NCBI RefSeq assembly: GCF_002571385.2
Contig: NW_019217788.1
Location: 1,768,866 to 1,832,865, forward strand
Length of the DNA stretch: 64,000 nt
Source: Stylophora pistillata
Taxonomy: Eukaryota
Reading direction: 5' to 3'
Shown here: positions 57,452 through 64,000 of the stretch, in pieces
How the letters are laid out: every line of letters begins with the position of its first letter
Position numbering within the stretch: the stretch's first letter is position 1
Notes under the pieces: model-generated
The model's input: the letters and a program-made list of their open reading frames with translations, nothing else
Database searches by the model: none
What the model was told of the DNA's origin: nothing
Made by a program: the position numbers and the translations under genes

Positions 57452-59618
57452 ATAGGAAAATATAAGAACAAAGGGATGAGAACGCATCAACTCACATCAC
57501 ACTAACCTTGGCTAGAGAACAACATGCTGGTCATGTCTGCGATAGGATGCTCTAGAATAGTCCAAAAAATAATGGGATTCCTTCAGTAATGCGAAAATTC
57601 GTATTTTTAGTTATAAATCCTTGTAATTTTATCTTTAATCTTAATGATGGCATTAAATTAGGAAGTTCATTAGTCGTTAAATTTTAAGCATTTAGTCAGT
57701 AATTTTTACATCGAATTTTTAACTGCAAAAATGCTCATGTATGCTTTGGTCTGTTTTTTTTTTAAATGTAAATATGGTGCCTGAAAAAGCATCACTTAAG
57801 CTTGTTGAGAGACAAAATGGTTTGCCAAATCCTTAAAAGTTCTTTTCTTGATTTTTCTCATTTCACCACCTGTCAATCACCTGTTGGTTACCTGTCTGGT
57901 CTGTTGATTTAGCTGGATAGGTTTTAAATAACTTTGAGAGTTTAAAATGTTTTTTTTTCATTAAATAATATTGTAAAAAGTAGGTTAGATATCCTTCTCT
58001 TTCATATTGTAAAGCACCGAAAGGCTTGTGATAAGTGCTATGTAAATTTTACATATTGCTATATATGTGATTTTTGTTATATAACACTTTTTTGACCATT
58101 TAACCCTTGGACTGACTAGCATCTAATTTCCTTTTAAAACATCACTCCTGAATCAAAATTTAAGGTCAGAAGAATATAGAAAATAATCACGAACCAAAGA
58201 AGCTCTTGATTGTTAAACAAATTCTCCTTATCAGCACCATAGGAAATGTATAGAGAACAGTATGGAGAATATGCATGCAGATGTTAGGATGTAAAGGGTA
58301 AGACTGTGCACGAACAGGAAGCATAACACATCAAAGAGTTCACACCAAACTGTTTTTTTCCCAATAACAAACTGATTCTGTGTAATCACATTTCCTTGTA
58401 GAACCAATAAATGTCCAAGAGAAAAAGGAAGATTACCACTGACATCTATGCTGCTTTAGTTCAATTTTTGTGAAGTCCCATTTCTCTGAAATAGAACCTG
58501 CAAACAGATTTTTGTTAAACTTTACCTATGCACTGTTCATCTCACAGGAATGTTAATTCAGAGGCAATATATATGAGTGGCTGATCTAGACCTTGAGCTA
58601 AAGGAGGGGGGGGGGCACCTGGTTTTTGTGTGTGTACATGTGCCAGCTCTTCTTCCTTCTTCATTTTTTTCCCCAAATTGGGTGGGGTCCTGGCCCCTCT
58701 CCTTGATCTGCCACTGTACATACCTTGTAGATATCCATACAGTCCTAAAATAACAATTATTTTTTTGTATTTGCCAATTTAATGTTTCCAAAAATTGTTC
58801 CTTTTATATCTACACTGAAAAGTGTTTTATATTTATTTCTCCCTAATGACTGAGAGCTTAGAACCATCTAGCCCAGTTGCCTTATGACAATCCTATCATA
58901 TTCTAGGCAAATAAAATATAAGTTGTATTTTCAACTGAAAAAATTTTTCTTCTTGTTTAGTATCCAGTAAATGAAACCAAGGACAAATTTTCAAATTTAA
59001 ACACCATAAATAATTTTTTTTGTAGTTTTTACAAACTTCTTTTGGCTGTTGATGGTCAGTGGTCCGCTGAAATCAGTTGTTAGTCAGTTATCAAATATAT
59101 AAATCTGTTTCATAATTGGTGAATAGTCGGCCAAAATTCTACTACCAAATAGTTGCTTGTCAAGTAACTCACAATCAGCACTGTATTGATGTTTTTGGGT
59201 ATTTATGGTTGGCCAACATTTCATGCGACAATGGCTAGCAATCAGTTAAGTGTTGGTCACCTATTGCCTGACTCTCACTCAGTCATAAGCCAACAATCAG
59301 TTAATGATTCCCTGACTACTGTATAACTTTTGGTTAACCCTACCATTACTGACCAAGACAGAATTTCTCCTTAAAATATCGCTAAAATGTCAAGCAAACA
59401 AGTGATGAGATTAAAAAAAATATATCAATCAGGGGATTGGTAGTTGATCCAATACTAAATTCTCTAAACTAACATCATAAAAATTGTATAGTAAACAGTT
59501 AGGAGAATTATCGATGAGATTTTGGGAGTGGAAGTGCTAATTATGAAGCTACTTTTGACCTAGTATCAACTAAGATATGGATCAAACATTCATCTCTCAG
59601 CACACATGATCTGAATAA

Positions 59619-61031
59619 TTAACACCAATTTAAATATGACAAGATTTCCTTAGGGACATCATGTTGCCGTAGGCTTTGTACAACACAGTATTTCTTTATT
59701 GTCATGCGGCAAAGAACCCTTAACTCAGCAGGGGAGTCATTCATTTTGTAAACCAACAGATTGGAGACATCTTGGCTTCGATCTTCAATGTTCACATTAC
59801 AACAGTGAGTGACCAGGAGCTGATGTCCATTCGGAGAAATTGCACAACTTGTATAATTGTCTGTTCCCTTGCTGTGATCCATTCGCAAAAGTTCTTCAGA
59901 ATCAAATTCAGCCTCGCCCTTTGAAAGGTTGATTTGATGCTTCAAAAAGACTGAAAGTTGTCTCTTGTTGGAGTCAGTTCCACTTTGAGGAATCACAATA
60001 TAGTTATCATGGGGCGATAGAAAGAACTCATACACTGAAGATGCCAAATGTCCTTCAATGCTCACTTTCTGCAGAAGATTGCCATAAGTGTCCCAAATCA
60101 ACACTGACTTGCAGTCTTCAAAATCCATCGCTGCCCGATTTTCATTATTTGAGGGCAATTTTATTCGCTGACCACTACACAGTGCAAGAAAGAAATTTCC
60201 ACTTTGGGAATATTTCGCATCAGCTACAAAGTGATAGCCTTTTAGCTGTGTCTCTGCAGTAACTTTGAGCGACTCCACGTCGATAAAAACCAAACCAATG
60301 AAAAACACATAGGAACCCCTCCCTGTGATGGCTATGCTCTTCTGATCAGGGCTAAAATCTAGCAACTTCCATGAGAATGGATGATTCATTAACTCCATTT
60401 CACTACTTCTGATATGACGAACACAATGGATTTGAAAACAATTCGACTCTGCTGATCTCTTTTCTTCGACAGTCATTTCCAACAAAATGAATTGCCCGCC
60501 GTTTAAAATCGCACCAAGCCAGTAGCCACCATTCCGCAACGCTGATACTTTCATGAGGTTGATGCTACCTCCCCAGTGAAAATTATTACTATTTTGTCGC
60601 TGACACTTGTCCAATATCAGTTCCATTTCTTTGAGAAGGTTTCCATCTTTGCAATCTGTATCAGGGCATGAGAACACAAGAACACAAATTCGAAAATCTT
60701 CTAAACGAGCGAAAACGTTCAACAGTGGACAATCGAAAGTCGCAGTTAAATCGCAAAAGATTTCAAGCACAGCGCAAGGAAAGACCAAATTACAGCAAAA
60801 TTCACTTTCAATGTTTGCACTTAGTAAGTTCAGAAATTTTAAACTGACGTCGACTCGTCTAGTAGCTCCTGGTGAAAAATCATCTTCCAGTCGATCCGTG
60901 GTGCGAACTATAACTGCAAGGTTGATATCTTCGCGTGTTATCCAAGCAACTTTGTCGTTGGTTTTGAAGTAAAAAGGTACCTGTGCTTCAGTGAGAAGTT
61001 TTAGTGTTCCTTCGTCCCCGCTGTCCTCCAT
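59619..61031 (-). CDS. Intronless WD40-like beta-propeller protein with C-terminal SOCS box
   Basis: 470 aa; blade motifs FSPDQKSIA, YSQSGNFF, LSPHDNYI, CAISPNGHQLLV; C-terminus PAELRVLCRMTIKKY...VPKEILSYL fits a BC-box/cullin-box. Confidence 0.75.
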   Translation of the reverse strand: MEDSGDEGTLKLLTEAQVPFYFKTNDKVAWITREDINLAVIVRTTDRLEDDFSPGATRRVDVSLKFLNLLSANIESEFCCNLVFPCAVLEIFCDLTATFDCPLLNVFARLEDFRICVLVFSCPDTDCKDGNLLKEMELILDKCQRQNSNNFHWGGSINLMKVSALRNGGYWLGAILNGGQFILLEMTVEEKRSAESNCFQIHCVRHIRSSEMELMNHPFSWKLLDFSPDQKSIAITGRGSYVFFIGLVFIDVESLKVTAETQLKGYHFVADAKYSQSGNFFLALCSGQRIKLPSNNENRAAMDFEDCKSVLIWDTYGNLLQKVSIEGHLASSVYEFFLSPHDNYIVIPQSGTDSNKRQLSVFLKHQINLSKGEAEFDSEELLRMDHSKGTDNYTSCAISPNGHQLLVTHCCNVNIEDRSQDVSNLLVYKMNDSPAELRVLCRMTIKKYCVVQSLRQHDVPKEILSYLNWC

Positions 61032-61311
61032 GTTCGATCACACAAAACACGTCACGCCAACTATCAATTTCTAAATTGTGAAAAAATGTTCTCCACCTGC
61101 TTCCATACTTGGGACGTTTTACCTTAATATTGCGACATCGAAAAAGAAATGTTTCAACAAAATTACAACTGGTTGCGAACGACCAATACAGCATTCGGGA
61201 AATTGTAACATAATTCTTGGTTACACTATTACGCAATGCTTTGCATGACGGTGACCGTGATGGTCACGCAAACATTACAACTTCGCTCCCAGGGTCTTTT
61301 GCCTCCCCAAG

Positions 61312-63378
61312 ATGGAACCCAGACAGTTTCATCATACTACTTCACAAGCTGGATTTTCTGGCTTTGTCTTAATGTGTTTAATGATCTGTACATCAAATGG
61401 ATTCTCCCAAGACAAAGTTAACGTTCTATTTATAGTAGCAGACGATCTGAGACCTGCGCTAGGCAGCTATGGGAATACTGTGGTACAAACTCCGAACCTT
61501 GACAAGCTTGCACAGCGTTCGATTCGCTTTACCACAGCTGCTTCGCAGCAAGCTGTCTGTGCTCCGAGCCGAATCTCATTCCTTACTGGCAGGAGGCCAG
61601 ACACAACGAAGCTACTGGGCAACAAGGGGGCTATCTATTGGAGGGTGAACGCAGGAAATTTCACCTCTTTACCACAACATTTCAAGGATGCTGGTTATTT
61701 TACCGCTTCTGCAGGAAAAGTTTTTCATCCAGGTATACCAAAATGTGATTAACCGCATGGTGCAGCCACATGTCGTGCTAATTAATTTTCTAACGTTGCA
61801 ATTTTGGAGAATTCACATTCCCATTTTCGTGTTTTAGATTTTAATTTCAAGTGGGCCTTATTATCTTCCATTCTCAACCATGAAAAAAGCTAGTCCACAG
61901 ACCCCCAACTATGGAACAGATTCCCTACTTCCATTAGGTATGACTTCACCAATAACAGAATTTTTCCTGTTGCCAAAGCGAGATATCTTCACTGCATGCT
62001 GCATACAGCATAATATTTCAATTTCTCCTATGGTTTGGCTTCCCTTGTTCATTAATCTTTCAGTATTAACTACCACTATATGGCCCCTCACTATTTTATT
62101 ATTGGAGTTTTATCAATTGAGTTAGTGATGTAAGTTGGCTACCGTAAAGAGTTTTAAAAGCTGATGTTTCAAGCGTTAGCTAGCCCCTCGTCAGAGCGAA
62201 TGGAAGAATGTTGGGTTGTGTGCCTGTTTGTGTGCAGAAACTGGAGCTCTGTTATTGGTGGAAACATGGCCACAAGGAAAACAAGAATAAATTAGTAGAA
62301 TGAAAAGTGTTGGTTGATACCATTGGGATTAAGAGTGATGATTTGAAAGATAAAGTTTTGTTGTGTTTTGCGGCTTTCCAAACTACCTGAATGTAGGGAA
62401 AGGCCATAGACCACCATATGTTGCTTGGTTACCCTGGTTGTTTGTTTCAGGGAGAGCATCAAACTTCACTGATGACTATCCATATAGTTGGTCCATTCCA
62501 CCTTATCATGCCTCAACGCATGCTTACAAAAATGCAGCGGTGAGTTTGTTTAGAATTACTCAGTATTGGAATTACTCAGTATTGGAATTCTCAATATATC
62601 TCAAGATCTCATTTACAGTCCTCCTTGCTGTCTACTATACAATTCCTAGGACATTAATTCAGAGAATTTGGTATTGGATCGATTAATACTCCTTTTTTTC
62701 AAATTTTTTTTTATTCTTATCACTTGTCTGCTTGATATTGTATTGAAATATATGGTATTGAAATATATTGGGGTTAGGAGAAATTATGTCTTAGTCACTC
62801 ATGATAGTTAGAGGGTTAACAAGTTATTACTGAGTACTAACCTTTCTTTCCTTTGATTTCCTCTTTTAAGGTGTGTCCAGGTGTAGACGGTAAACTACAC
62901 GTCAACATTGTATGTCCAGTTGATATTAAAAAGCAACCAGAGAAAACACTGCCAGACATTCAGAGCACTCAGTTTGCTTTAAATTTCTTAAAAAATTACA
63001 CAACTTCAAAAAACAGCAATCAACCATTTTTCCTGGCTGTTGGCTACCACAAGCCACACATCCCTCTGAAATTTCCCAAACAATTCCTTGACTTGTACCC
63101 CATAGAGAAGATCCAAGTGGCAGCAGACCCTTTACTTCCCTTTCACTTACCGCCAGTGGCTTATGAACCATGGACTGACCTGCGATGGAGAGATGACATT
63201 GCAGCACTAAATCTGAGTTTTCCCTATGAACGCATGCCAGATTTTTATGCGAAAAGGATCATTCAAAGCTATTATGCTGCAACAACTTACATGGACAGTC
63301 TAGTCGGACAGTTACTGATAGCTTTAGATGAGTATGGCCTTGCAAGCAATACAATTGTGAGCTTTGTGGGAGATCATG
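61312..63378 (+). CDS. IDS: Iduronate 2-sulfatase, first three coding exons (61312-61732, 62451-62539, 62871-63378); continues beyond the window
   Basis: Signal-peptide-like N-terminus, [12 protein letters not shown], sulfatase signature [49 protein letters not shown]; GT-AG junctions in frame. Confidence 0.93.
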
Positions 63379-64000
63379 GTAAGATTTGGGGTGAACATTC
63401 CTGCTTTCTGATTTCATGAAGCGAAAGGACAATAACTAATAGCTTTATTGATTAGAAATAGTGCTCTCACATTATTATAACCTAATACACATTAGTAGAT
63501 GAATTTACCCCCACTGGTTTGCAATTCATTGAACCTTTTAAATCCCAGAGGTGATGAACATGTAACTTCTCCCAATATCCAACATTTTCCAGCAAATAGT
63601 TAATGACATTAGTACATAAACTTATCATGTGGAAGTCATTGTTTTAATCTGATGCTAAATTCCTGTAACTAATTTTCATGGAAATGTGCAGCATCTTGAA
63701 GGGAGAATTGACAATCACATCTTGAAGGTTTAAGGGTTAGGTGTGATCCACTGGGTGAATTAGAAGTGGAGTTTGAAAAAAACCCTCTTTTGTTGTCCTT
63801 CTGAAGTAGACTTTCCTGAACCATTGACTTTTTTTACTCACCAAAAGGAGAGAATATTATTTATCATATGACCTGTCTGGTCTGTGCACAATCCCATAGA
63901 AAACCATAGTGAAAGGTGATATGTGTAGGGCTGGATTGGTTGGTTTGAGCCAGTCCAGAAAAAGCCGTCTGGCTCTTTTGCACTGTTTAGTGTGACATTT

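Noticed and set aside
7586-60972. Numerous 60-150 aa ORFs antisense or out of frame to the real genes, and poly-X ORFs across the gap
   Set aside because: Shadow ORFs with no recognisable motifs, or artefacts of N runs.

Overview
AT-rich, intron-containing animal genomic DNA with three N gaps. The repeat content and gene families suggest a cnidarian, probably a stony coral (inference). Conserved housekeeping genes: SLC25A43 (3' exons, +), UBE2A/Rad6 (complete, -), UFSP2 (complete, -), an intronless WD40-like/SOCS-box gene (-) and IDS (5' exons, +). Embedded among them is a candidate innate-immune island. Two intronless Mab21/cGAS-like nucleotidyltransferase genes (7228-8502, 39161-40540) bracket three tandem two-exon genes encoding DZIP3-type HEPN (RNxxCH), a variable coiled coil, a STAND/NB-ARC NTPase and TPR repeats. 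Each of the three is preceded by a duplicated block holding a perfect NF-kB site (GGGACTTTCC) next to an IRF-like motif, and each is disrupted by a different lesion in this assembly. About 12 kb further on lies a tandem pair of AKAP7-like 2H phosphodiesterases, one lacking the NLS. The set resembles a synthase/nuclease/eraser nucleotide-signalling module, but the functional link is inference, and both Mab21 proteins have non-canonical active sites. Non-autonomous transposons, SINEs, a LINE relic and decayed hammerhead-ribozyme repeats fill the spacers.
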